From the NCBI RefSeq assembly GCF_963853765.1, contig NC_088855.1, positions 20,150,001 to 20,214,000 of the forward strand: DNA of 64,000 nucleotides, in the 5' to 3' direction. Each line of letters starts with the position of its first letter. Within the stretch, counting starts at the first letter, position 1. Under the pieces are notes generated by a model, which saw only the letters and a list, made by a program, of their open reading frames with translations, did no database searches and had not been told where the DNA came from. Made by a program: the position numbers and the translations under genes. The DNA is from Magallana gigas (Eukaryota). Below, piece by piece: positions 48,201 to 60,219 of the stretch.

Positions 48201-51200
48201 GGAAGGAGAATCAGACTCCTTACTCACCAATAAGGGAGGTTGGAGCCTTGCTTTCAAGCTCATTGATTTTGACAAAGTTGAAATTCATGGTAGGTAGACT
48301 GCTATCATCATCACATGGTTCAATAATGGTGTCTGGGTTAAAGGTCATTTCATAGTCATTCTGAACTGTTGTATACTGCTTGTTTGCTGTCTTCAGAGTG
48401 GCTTTACTAAAGAAGTACACCTACAAATGCCAAATCATAATTGCAATAATTTTTTTGTGAAGTATCATTACAAAATTATCAAGTTATTGTGATCTTAATA
48501 TTTACAAGTAAGCTTTAAAGCCAGAACTGCAAGAAATAATATCACTTGGCTATAAATACCCACAAACAAGACCTTCAAAGTACCAAGAAAAAATGCTTTT
48601 ATACAATATGCTTCAGTACACTACTGTATCTGAATTTTACCAAAGAGTATGGTTAGAGTTTTTATACCTTGTTGACTTCCAGCAATTCATAAAATTTATC
48701 AACAGCATCATTGAATCCAGTGGCTCGAATCTCTGCAGAATCATCTGTTAGGGTGACACTGAAAAGTTTGCCCTCCCCTCTTGAGTTTGACCAGGTTCGA
48801 ATTCCACTCTTCTGTGTGACACGAGCCCTAATTTTCCACCTGAAACATAAAAAGTTTCATAAAAAAAGTTATAAAGCCATCAGAATTTTAGTAATTTATA
48901 ATTTTTGTTGTTGAACTTTTGAGTTTGATATTCACTTTTATGTTTACAGATTAATGTCAAGCAACACAGTGAATTTTGGTGATCTACATACATATAAATG
49001 TAACTTATGTAGTTGTATTGTAGTTACAGTACATATACATATTCCATTTCTTTGAATAATTTTTTTATTATACCTGTTTTGATAAGGAGTGAGGCTGTCA
49101 ATTTTATGTACTCTGGATGTTCCGCCTGGAGTACCACCCGAATTATTTGTTTTTAAAGAGTAACCTCCCTTTGAATTTCCATTCATGTTTTCTGCAACAA
49201 TAAATTAAAATCATTGTAATTCAATGTGATTAACAAAACTAAGCATGTGAACCACTTTCTCATAAATATAATAAATAGGTATCTACATGACCATAATATC
49301 CAATATAATAAGATCTTTTACATAAATGAAAATGAAGGCCCGTGCTATTTTTGAGACATGTCCACAATAAACTTTTTTCCATCAAATTTGTAAATACCTT
49401 TCTTGATATTGTTGTTAACCTGCTTGTCAGATACAGTGCCTTAAAATAAATAGTAAAATTTAGTTCATAGCATCAACTGGGGAGAAAGAATTGTACAGTG
49501 TGCAAAGAACTAATTAACTGAAGCTCATACCAATAAAGCTTTGACCACCTCCCTCCTGTTTTGGCATTTGTGGTGGACATTGTGCAGAATCTGAAATATA
49601 TAATTGCTAGTTAAAAAAATAACATAACTTTTTTGTTAGTTGTTAATAAATCAATTACATGTATAATGAACTTAATGATAGTAGTAAAATCTTTTGGAAG
49701 TTGAATTAATCACTGAGCGCCCAATTACTTTAGCAGATTTAAAAGAAAAAGCACGAAGTGATAACAATAATTTACTAAAACAATTCAAGATAAGTTAAAA
49801 ATCTTGATAATAATGTAAATGTTTGGAGATTCTATCATAAGTTTGACATGCTGAAATTTGATTGGTAAACTGCAGTTAATAATCCCTTCTATAACCCTCA
49901 GCATTAGCAACACATTTGACAACATTTTGGTAACACAACAAATTGTTACATGTGCGTAAATTATGCATGTACAGCTCGCAGTAGAATTCACGTAAAAAAT
50001 TTAAAAGCAGTAAAAGCTCCCACACAGCCACTATTTTAATGAAATTCATGAACTGACTGTTTTCAGCAGTGGTGCCCTTTGATGCTGAAGCCTTGTACTG
50101 CTGAGGATTCCCTAGAATTCACGTAAAAACTTTAAGGGCAGTAAAGTTTTCTTTAAAATTAGGACATTCAGTATAATAAAATAAATGGTGCCTGTTTGGA
50201 ATTGCAACAGTTGAAACTAACGTCCCTCGAAAACCACTGTCAGCCTCTGCTTCGCGTCAGATGACAATGACTTTCTTGGACTGTCAATTTCAACTGTTAG
50301 TCACCCTCCCAAACAGCCACTATTCATATAATATATATCATGAACTGACTGTGTTCGGCAGTGGTGCCCTGTGTTGCTGCAGCCTTGTACTGCTGAGGAT
50401 TCCCTATCCTCTGTCCCACTTCTGACCCACGCTGTACCACATGCAAATCCAATAGGATCATCACACGCCTACAAAAGTCATCAATAAAAATAAGTAATAC
50501 AATAAACTGTAGATTACATTCACACTGCAGTGGAACATATAAAAAGAGTGAAGTCAGCTGGAATTTCTTTCAACCCTCTATTATAAAATAAATATTCTCA
50601 TAAAATATTGCAGTAGCTATTCCATATGTCTCATCATATCAATCTTTTATTCTTGTGGGGTTTTATTTTTAAGTACACTGATAGAAAACATGTACGTTCA
50701 GTGACTATTGTTACTTATTCAACTGTTAGCAGGCTGCAGGTGTTGTTTTTACCTGTCTCCCTGTATTGTGTTACACAGGTACTTGTCCACCTGTATCACT
50801 GCCAAGTTGTCCAACTCTCCATCCATTAAACTGTTCAGCTGTGTGGCCAACATAGCATCTGAAATTCATTTTCTTTATCAATGTTTTTCAATAAACATTA
50901 TCGTAAATATTTCTGCAGCGACTTTATTCAGACGCACTTTACAAATAATGTCCAGCAAACATTTTTGTTCTGCAGTACATCATATAATTCAGATAACTGG
51001 ATTTTGCGAATGTGCTACACTAAAAGGGTTAATTCATCGAATTTAACAAAAATTGTGATTTACTTGCCAAGGGGCAAAAGCATCATTGATTATTGCTTGC
51101 ATGACTTTGTAACCCTGGGTACAAGGCAATGGCAATAGCATAAGCCTAGAAATACTGTAAAAACAGTGTAAAATAATTTTTTTAATCATTATTCCCATAA

Positions 51201-51811
51201 ACTTACGTGAATAACTGACTTCTCCATCTGAGAGCAACAATCGGTATCTGTCTGCACTAGACCCCTGGGCCGTTATCTTCTTAGAGCTCTACAATTCATT
51301 TGTTAGAAATAAAATCTATGATAAACATGAATAAATATTCAAAAATATTGACTGACAATATATTCTTAAACAAAGTATTTGAAATGATAAGCATTAAAGA
51401 GAATAAAATCCAATGTCTCTTTGAAAAGAACACATTACATGTTATTCAAATGAATGAAAACAAATATAATCAATACAATATAACTTACAATAACTTGAAG
51501 TACTGGTTTATCAAAATTTTGTCCGTTGATAATAGCCTGAAATGTCAATGAGAAATGAGATTCATCACACTATACAGGAAATTACACTATTCCAACTTTT
51601 CCCCCAGAAAGTGGACACGTATGCCCTTCAAGTTCATTCAAATTGCAAGTCAACATATTAAAGACTATAAAAAAGCCAGTAAATGCTGTATTCTAAATCA
51701 CTATACATAGAAATATTTAAAAAAAAAATTGCAGTTCATCTTTGTTTCATAAGAGTTATTAATTCGAGACACTACCTCAAGCGCTCCCGAACTAAGAGTA
51801 GGGTTAGACAT
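45205..51811 (-). CDS. RPA1: Replication protein A 70-kDa subunit, 616 aa
   Basis: 18 exons sum to 1851 nt in frame: 51811-51776, 51536-51489, 51288-51207, 50858-50753, 50468-50350, 49590-49549, 49439-49398, 49191-49074, 48839-48668, 48420-48228, 48082-47943, 47802-47733, 47562-47413, 47060-46939, 46505-46392, 46061-45954, 45648-45562, 45306-45205. Motifs include [40 protein letters not shown], zinc ribbon CPTESCNKK...YRCEKC, and [11 protein letters not shown]. Confidence 0.97.
45708..45904 (-). mobile_element. Minimal (~195 bp) internally deleted Helentron/HINE copy in an RPA1 intron
   Basis: Retains both ends of the 29897-31380 family (GGCCACATCGCTCAC...; CTTGAGCTTTCAGCTCAGGTGAGCT). Confidence 0.7.
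47294..47400. repeat. 56-bp tandem duplication beside an RPA1 donor site
   Basis: GTTTATAGG.TGTAT.TGCCTTAACTTAAT..GCAAGATCAAAGTCGAGC at 47294 and 47350. Confidence 0.85.
50058..50111 (-). other. Duplicated partial RPA1 exon (candidate 54-nt cassette/pseudo-exon)
   Basis: Copy of the 3' part of exon 50468-50350, including its GTCAGT donor, preceded by TTCTAG; phase 1-1 and open frame. Confidence 0.45.
50181..50327. mobile_element. Palindromic MITE in an RPA1 intron
   Basis: AATGGTGCCTGTTTGG...AACAGTTGAAA versus TTTCAACTGTT...CCCAAACAGCCACTATT. Confidence 0.7.
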
Positions 51812-52094
51812 TTTTCCTTTCTTTTTCGTTGGCGAAGTCTTATACCACAACCATCAGCAATTTCCCGCTAAATTTTACGCATGCTCCAAAGAAACCAAAA
51901 CTTCCTGTTTACAATTTCAGAGTTCAATCTTGATCTTTTGTGCGTTTAGATAAGCGACAGAGACTTATTAGTCATAAAACACCTTACTAACGTTGAAACT
52001 TTTAAAACCTTGTATGGAATGTTAGAAAAACTATGCTAACTTAATTTTGGAGTGACTTACAATGATAATGAGTTTTTTCATGCTCAAGAGCAAG
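51812..52094. promoter_or_regulatory. Shared RPA1/NF2 promoter and probable non-coding NF2 exon 1
   Basis: E2F consensus TTTCCCGC at 51861; ETS ACTTCCTG at 51900; donor CAAG|GTATTG at 52095 with matching acceptor at 53749-53750 just upstream of the NF2 ATG. Confidence 0.5.
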
Positions 52095-53803
52095 GTATTG
52101 ATATTTAATTTATATTTTTAGTTTCTGTTCCGACAGTTTAAAAAGAAAAAATAATGACAGTCTGTAAAACAGGGATTGTTGTTCTCAACTTGTTGTATAC
52201 AATGTTCTTTTTTATTTGATTATAGTAAGTTTGGCAGCCAAACTTTGGCTATTATAAGAGTATCTTGATTTCAATAACGATATTGTCTAAAGACTGAAAG
52301 TTATAGAGAAGACTTCTCTGAATGCAGTATGGGCGGTCCCTTCTTGGATTTTTTTTGTGGCTGAGTCAAATGGGTGTGTTCCAAATTTATGCATTCATTT
52401 GTGAATATGTTGTTTTATTTTGGTGTTGGGTAGTTAACGGTTCCGCCTTGAACTCTAGATAAATGTAAATTTAGTTTAGTTCAAAATTTTTGTTCCATCC
52501 TGTGTAAGTATGGTTGGGACTAGATAGAATGTTCTATCGTTAAAATGACAGATGTGCTACAGACCAGGTTTAACAATAGAATTCGTACCATGTACTTGCT
52601 TTGTAGCAAATTAAAAAATTATATTGCGCTGTATCTCGCCTAATTTTTCATGTGATTGGTCTCAAATACCTACTATGCAGATTATTTTTAGCAGACTTAG
52701 AATCGACACGAAGCAGCTCCGCTTCGTGGCTGCTACATTAAAAGTAAATGAGACGAATTCTTACTGTGACTCGAGCATAGCCTGGTCACGATAAGATTAT
52801 TCTTTCTAGGTCGGGACAGTCCAAATACAAGTTCAGGATCATTATACATTTCTTCTTCACTTGTACTTTGATATGTTTTTGCAGTAAAGTTCATCAATAC
52901 ATGTATATAATAAAGTGACTTTAAGCTCAAAATCTTTAGCTAGTAAATGAAAAAAATCATACATCTTTCTGAAAAATTTTTAATGGTGCTTTTTATTGAT
53001 AACTTAGTGTTTTGAATATTTTCGCCCATTTTTGACAGCTAGACAGTAAATAAGATATATCCAGAATGATTGTAGCTTACATTCTCTGTGAGAAGAGACT
53101 GAGGCATATATTTTGTACTCTACCCCCTCTTTAAAATGATATTAAATTGAACATATGTTTTGGGATTACTTTTCATAAAATTTCAAATGGAATGTCAAGG
53201 AAATTTTGATTCCCTTACAGTCATAAAGTACGGGAAAAAAATATATCAAATCAGTGCTACGTCATGATGGATTCAGCACCAATTTTACACTGTGAAATCA
53301 GTTACTAACTAGATTTGGCCTTAAATATATAAACAAACAATATTTAGACCCCCAAAAGTCTAAGATATGTTGGTGATTGGGGGACAATGTACTGTGCTAT
53401 ATTTTATCATAAATATTAAGTTGTTTGTAGTTTTTTTTAGTCTTTTTCAGAGAATATCTGTTCTACACAAATACAAATAATGAATCAGTCTCTCTGGGTT
53501 TTCAATTTAATTTAATTCTTTGATCATGAAAGTATGGTGTATACAAAACACAAATTTACAAGAGCAGCTAAAGGAATAGTCTTGGAAGAAATTGTTATCA
53601 AACTTTACCAGCTGTTTTTATGATTGATTGATAAGCTGTGTGATTAACAGACACACAAAGCTCAGAGAGTACTGGGTCATCAAGCAATAAATTAATCTTG
53701 CCCAAATTCAATAACAGTGATTTTAATTGTATGCTGAATTGTCTTAACAGAGATTTAACATGGAGGATTAAGGGATTCTGACCATATATAGTGTGCTGGC
53801 ATC

Positions 53804-56800
53804 ATGCCGTTTGTTAATATGAAGAAGGCCTCTAGCCAGGCTGGTGGGGGCAAGAGTTTTGCTGTCAGGGTAACAACAATGGATGCAGAACTAGAATTTT
53901 CATACATAGAGGTATGTTCTTTGAAAACTACTCAGCCTCTCTAATACATGTTTATTGACCAATCCAGAACTGTTAAATTTTCCTACAATTAACGGAAACT
54001 TTTACATACATCTGTATTTGCAATTTTGTTTTATACATGTATATCTCCTAATTATCATGTAAAAAAATTTTTATTCTAGCAAAAAGCAACTGGTAAAGAC
54101 TTATTTGAATTAGTATGTCGAACTATTGGACTGCGGGAAACCTGGTACTTTGGTTTGCAGTTCATTGATTCCAAAGGATATATTTCATGGTTGAAGTTCG
54201 ATAAAAAGGTATGTTACTCTTCCGAAAGAAATGCTAGGATCTGATGAAGCATCAAATATACAGATATCTTTTTAATAGAAAATCAATTTTATCATGTTAA
54301 TAAAAATTCAACTGGTATATGATTATAGGTTTTAGATCAAGATGTCCCTAAAGAATCCCCAGTTCCTTTCCTGTTTCTTGCCAAGTTTTACCCAGAAGAT
54401 GTGTCAGAAGAGTTGATACAAGAGATCACCCAGCGATTGTTCTTCCTCCAAGTGAAGCAGTCCATTCTAAACATGGACATCTACTGTCCTCCAGAAGCAT
54501 CTGTTTTATTAGCCTCATATGCAGTCCAAGCGAAGGTAGGAAACAACATGTGTAATAGTAATGCCTATTTTCATTTTAACATTTTCAAAATTTAATGAAA
54601 AAAAGGCAAAACAGTGATATATATAGATGTATGACCTCTTCTATTTTACATCTTTTTTCCCTTCCTTTTTTCTGCATATATGTTTTTACCTCTGATGAGT
54701 TCTTCATTCTTTATACATGTATTTCTTTTGTACTCATATATTTGGTTTTAGCGAATAAACTGAACTTGAGATTAAAAGTAAAGAATGAATTACAGAATTT
54801 TAATTAAATAAGATTTAACAATTAAAGTAAAAAATTTCTTTCAGTATGGTGATTATGACCCGTCAAACTACAAACCAGGAATGCTGTCCAGCGACGACCT
54901 TTTACCTCAGAGGGTGATAGACCAGTACCAGATGACCCCAGAGATGTGGGAGGATCGGATCAAGGAGTGGTATGCTGACCACAAGGGCATGTCAGGGTAG
55001 GTTGATTCTTTTTCTTTCATATATGTATATGGAAGGAAGAGGGGCTGTTGGTTGTTAAATGCATTGAGGCTGAGCATCAGAATCATGCTTGCAAGTGCTC
55101 TAGAAAATTTGTGTTAGAGAGATAGGGAATTCTGGCAAGCACTCGCTTTGCTGAACAATCCTCAGGTATTTGGTAACACTGTAACAGTATGATATGAATT
55201 GGTACTGTATATTCAAAAGGCCCAGAAACAAATATTACGTGATAAAAACCTTAGAAGAGTTTAACAAAACAAAAAATTGGTCATTACAATAAAAAAAAGT
55301 TATAGTTCAACGAAGGAGATAGGATTGCTGGTACATGTAGGTGTATTTCACTGAATTTTTGAGAAGTTCCTTTTTGCTGAGGATTATTTGATTACTTTAT
55401 AGGGATGAAGCAGAAATGGAGTACCTTAAAATAGCCCAAGATTTGGAGCAGTATGGTGTGAATTACTTTCAAATTAAGGTAAGTGTTTTGCTCTGAATAC
55501 TAATTTTACCATAAAATTTCATAATATCTTTTGTTATTTCAAACATGATTAACTTTCAAGTTTCAAACAGCAAATAAAATGGAATGTATTATATGAAAGG
55601 ATATGTACCTGACTGTAAACTTTCTCTAATTTCCTTAGTTTCAGGCAGGAGAAATTCTATTCCTCTTAATTGCAAATGGCAGAATGGAATAAATTTTCTG
55701 CTAGCTATTAACATGATTAATACCACTTGATATCCAATTTTTTCACAAAAGCTTTTGAATGTAATATTTAGAATAAAAAGAACACAGAACTGTGGCTGGG
55801 GGTAGATGCCCTGGGACTCAATGTCTATGACCAGAATAACCGGCTAGAACCCAAAATCACTTTTCCTTGGAGTGAAGTGAAAAACATCTCCTTCAAGGAA
55901 AAAAAGGTGAGTTAAAAGTGAAAATTAAAAAAACAAAGGCAATCTTTCCTAGCTCACGTGACATGTAAAACAGAAAACCTAAAAACCATGCATTTCTCAG
56001 TCAAATATGAAGAATTCAGTGAAAATTTTAATAAGTCATTTGGAAATCATGAATTTTGATTTTCACTGACCCAACCTCAAAATTTACTGGCCTCGGTCTT
56101 CGGACATCAAGACTGCATGAGGAATAAACAATGATACCAGTAGTTTAAGTATGTCTGAAATTTTGGGAAGTAACGTGTTATCTTTGTTATCACGTCACAC
56201 TTTTATTATCCGTTATTTTCTTTCTACATGTAAATGTAATTTTGTGCATTATTTCTCTTTTTTAAGTGTTGATATTTTGCTTTTCAGTTTGTGATAAAAC
56301 CAGTAGGGAAGAAAGTTCCAGATTTTATATTTTATGCACCAAAAGTGAAAATCAACAAACTTGTAAGTAATATTCATAATGCAATGAAACCACAATACTG
56401 AAAACTGTATACAGTGGGAATTAGTTTATATACAGAAATTCTTTAAAATTCTCAAGGTTTACTCAGATATTTCATAACGTGAGGTAATTGTAGGTCTGGG
56501 TTCTCTTATTACAGGGCTTCAGAATCGGTGCTAATAATGGGTTTCCTTAGATAGCTTATAGAAACTGTTTCAGCAAACCAACTCCTTAATGACAACAGGC
56601 ACTTTATTTCCCAAATCACCAATGATAAATATTAGCCATTGTGGGGTGTTTGCAAACATTGCAAGTATATCTCCCATGCAAATAAAAATATGTTTACAAT
56701 GCATTCAAACAACAACAGAAAGATTTTATTTTTTTTGTTATGTAAATATTATAATTGTTTTATCACTGTTTCTATTTTGTCAGATTTTAGAATTATGTGT

Positions 56801-59800
56801 TGGAAATCATGAGTTGTTCATGCGCAGAAGAAAACCAGATTCTATGGAAATCCAACAGATGAAAGCTAATGCTAGAGATGAGAGACAGAGAAAGAGAGTA
56901 AGCAATATTATTTCAATAATGTAAGAATCTATGTCATTATAGTTTCATGGAATATCAGAATTGTGAATTTCCTGAATACCCTTTCCCCTAAAATCCAACA
57001 GATATTGAAAGTTCATCTTACTCATAAAACCTGTTGATTTCAGAATGTTTAAAAATAGGCTCAGGAACATGAATTTATATTCTTGGTTCCATGGAAAATC
57101 CCATATTTATTTTAATTAACTTTGATAATCACAGTATAAATACCGGGTACTTCAGTCAGGTTCAACTGAGCTTGTATTGGTACATGTTGTACCTATACAT
57201 CTACATTGTACATGTATATATAGAACAACAGAATTACAGTAACTTGAGTAACAATACATTTATCTAGCACAATTTTTAAAAATGTATGGCTATTTTCCAG
57301 TGTGATAGAGCAAAATTAGCCAAAGAAAAACAGCTGAAAGAAGAGGCATTACGAGAGAAGGCAGAGTTAGAGAGAAAATTGTCACAGATGCAGGAAGAAG
57401 TTAGAACTGCCCAGGAAATGTTGGTGAGTGACAAGGAAATGAAATGTTAATCACTAAACAGTAGATAGAGTACTGAACATATAATAGTTTTTTAAAAAGA
57501 ATATGCAATACACGAATAAATACACTAGTTTGTTTTATATCAAAAGTATTTTTTGAAACGAGAGGTTGTTTTGACCAGATTTTATAGTAAGTTTTGCTAA
57601 AAGGATACATATATTCTCTCACCATTCTTCTTATATAGAAACGCTCTGAAGAAACCACAGAACTGCTGGCTGAGAAGGCTAGGTTTGCTGAGGAAGAGGC
57701 TCAGCTTCTGACTCAAAAAGCATCCGATGCAGAGCGTGAAATTCAAAGCATCAAAATCACAGCCATCAAGGTAGATAGCTCTGGATTTCCTTTGAAAATA
57801 TATGTTGAAAATATGGTTGACTTCTTTAACAGAAGAGGGATTTTGTAAAAGCATGGTCATCATTTATTTTAGACTGAAGAAGAGAGAATATTGATGGAGT
57901 TTAGAGCTAGAGAATATGAGATGATCGCCACCAAGTTATTGGAGGACTCAGAAAGGAGGTCAGTTCTTCTTGTGAATCATTATGTAGATTTGTCATTTGT
58001 ATAATAAACACACTCAGTTTTAAGAATTTTTTAAAAGTTTGTCTTATAAAATGAATTCTTTGGAGAAGAAGAATAACTGATTTAACTATGTTGTTAAATA
58101 TTTTTCACTTTTAATTGGCAAAAAGAGTGAAAAATAAACATACCGGTACTCACTATAAAAAAAAATCCTACCAACGATGTGAATGAGCATGATTGTACCG
58201 GTAATTGCTGTATTGTAAAAGAGAGACAAAAATCTACAAATTATGAATATATAATACCATGCATAGCCTTTATTTCACATCATTAACAAGAGTGCAGCAT
58301 GAGAAAAAAGCTTCTTTTTTTTATTTGTTAACAGAGCTAAGGAAGCGGATCAGTTGAAAGATGAACTAACTCAAGCGAGGATGTCCGAAAAATTGGCGAA
58401 AGAACGGCTGTTAGAAGTGGCACGTGTTTCCCCTACTTATCCTGTTTGTATCGACACTCCTTATTTCATGGTTATTTATATAAAAAGTCTAAGGTTTTAT
58501 TTTAAGAAAAATCCAACTTCCATTTGTATACAATAAAATCATTTTACTTTATTGCTTCTTTCAGACTAAATAATTCATGTACAGAGGTGCCGTTTGTAGA
58601 GTTAACTGTACCCCTCAAAATCATGTTATGAAGCAGTGTTGTATTTGTTTCTATGATATTTTATTTATTCCTTGTTTTATAGACCATGTTCCCTCTTGCG
58701 TCCTTGACCTCCGACCTCTCAGACTTTCACATCGGTAATTCACACCAGATTTCCGTTGATGGGGAGTTTTCTTGTGAACTATTAGGGGATGGAGACATGG
58801 ATCAGTTGTCTCAAGAAATAGAGAGAGAAAGGTGGGTCCTAATCAATTGCCATTTTCTGGTTGTAAGAGGTGCTATTTCATCCTTCTTCAAGGAAAAAGG
58901 TCTAATGATATTTTTTCACTAATATCTGTTAGTAGATGGTCCAACAGAAAAAAAAATATGTTGTCTCTTTCAGAGTTGAGTACATGGAGAAGTCGAAGCA
59001 TCTACAGGAACAGCTGAAGGAGCTGAAGTCAGAGATAGAGGTGCTGAAAGTGGAGGAGAAGGAGACAGATCTGGACCGGCTACATGAGAGCAGCATACAG
59101 AGGGGGGACAGCAAGTACTCCACCCTCAGACAGGTATAGTACACTAACACTCAGCATACAGAGGGGGGACAGCAAGTACTCCACCCTCAGACAGGTATAG
59201 TACACTAACACTCAGCATACAGAGGGGGGACAGCAAGTACTCCACCCTCAGACAGGTATAGTACACTAACACTCAGTATACAGAGGGGGGGCAGCAAGTA
59301 CTCCACCCTCAGACAGGTATAATACAGTAATACTCGGCATACAGAGGGGGGACAGCAAGTACTCCACCCTCAGACAGGTATAGTACACTAACACTCAGTA
59401 TACAGAGGGGGGACAGTAAGTACTCCACCCCAAGACAGGAAAAGTACAGTTATACTCAGTATACAGAGGGGGGAGGGGGCAGAAAGTACTGTAAACGTTT
59501 TACATTTGGCTATATATTCTATTTAGCGTTTTTGACAGAATGCGGCTTCCGCTAAATCAAGTACATCGCTAAATGACATGCATACATGTATAAGAATAGT
59601 CATGTTCAAGAATACGCTAATTCAAATCCAAGCCAACTTGTTCATAGACTATTTCTGCCAATATTGAACACACCAAATATAATGCGTTTACAGTACTCAA
59701 CCCTCAGACAGGTATAGTACAGTAATACTCAGTATACTGGGGGGGGGGGGGGCAGCAAGTACTCCACCCTCAGATAGGTAAACTTGTTGCATTACTAATT

Positions 59801-60219
59801 TCATTGGAGGGTTCTGATACATGTTGCTAACAAAGTTGTTAGCAACATGTATCAGAACCCTCCAATGAAATTCTAATGATTGTTTACAAATTTGAGTAAT
59901 AACATTACATTCTATTGTATACTGATATGGTGCCATAAAATGAAAAAATATGGGTTAACATGATCTTTTGTTAATGTTTTTGTCAATATATTGTACAGTT
60001 TTTAATGAGCAGTGTTTTCACACTATTTTCAAAATCCATATTAACCAGTACATGTATAAGGTTCATGTACAATATTTGGGTGCAAAACTTATGAATGTAT
60101 GTACAAAGTATCTAAATATTAAATTTTGTGCCATGTTCTAATGATTTTTGAAAAAAAATCTTTTTTAGGCTAAATCAAGTTCTGCTCAAGCCAGAGTAGC
60201 CTTCTTTGAGGAACTGTGA
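53804..60219 (+). CDS. NF2: Merlin (neurofibromin 2), FERM-domain protein, 601 aa
   Basis: 15 coding exons sum to 1806 nt: 53804-53911, 54080-54208, 54329-54535, 54845-54996, 55403-55478, 55772-55906, 56288-56362, 56784-56897, 57301-57423, 57639-57770, 57873-57958, 58335-58443, 58683-58831, 58974-59133, 60169-60219. The Merlin-specific Blue Box YQMTPEM and the C-terminus RVAFFEEL distinguish it from ezrin/radixin/moesin. Confidence 0.97.
59091..59783 (+). repeat. 61-bp minisatellite (8 units) made from the NF2 penultimate exon end plus its 5' splice site
   Basis: Units start at 59091, 59152, 59213, 59274, 59335, 59396, 59457 (interrupted) and ~59730. Confidence 0.95.
59489..59693. mobile_element. 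TA-flanked Tc1/mariner-type MITE inserted into minisatellite unit 7
   Basis: AAG-TA|CTGTAAACGTTTTACATTTGG ... CCAAATATAATGCGTTTACAG|TA-CTC; the TA of the unit's AAGTACTC is duplicated. Confidence 0.8.
59797..59872. repeat. Perfect 76-bp palindrome (37-bp arms, 2-nt loop) in the last NF2 intron
   Basis: AATTTCATTGGAGGGTTCTGATACATGTTGCTAACAA-AG-TTGTTAGCAACATGTATCAGAACCCTCCAATGAAATT. Confidence 0.92.

Noticed and set aside
54995-55403. Gly (GG|G) where Merlin/ERM proteins usually have Arg before DEAEMEYLK
   Set aside because: Frame and splice sites are intact; a single substitution or allele difference, not evidence of pseudogenisation.
59551-59562. GCTAAATCAAGT inside the MITE is identical to the first 12 nt of the last NF2 exon
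   Set aside because: No preceding AG and similarity does not extend; most likely chance.
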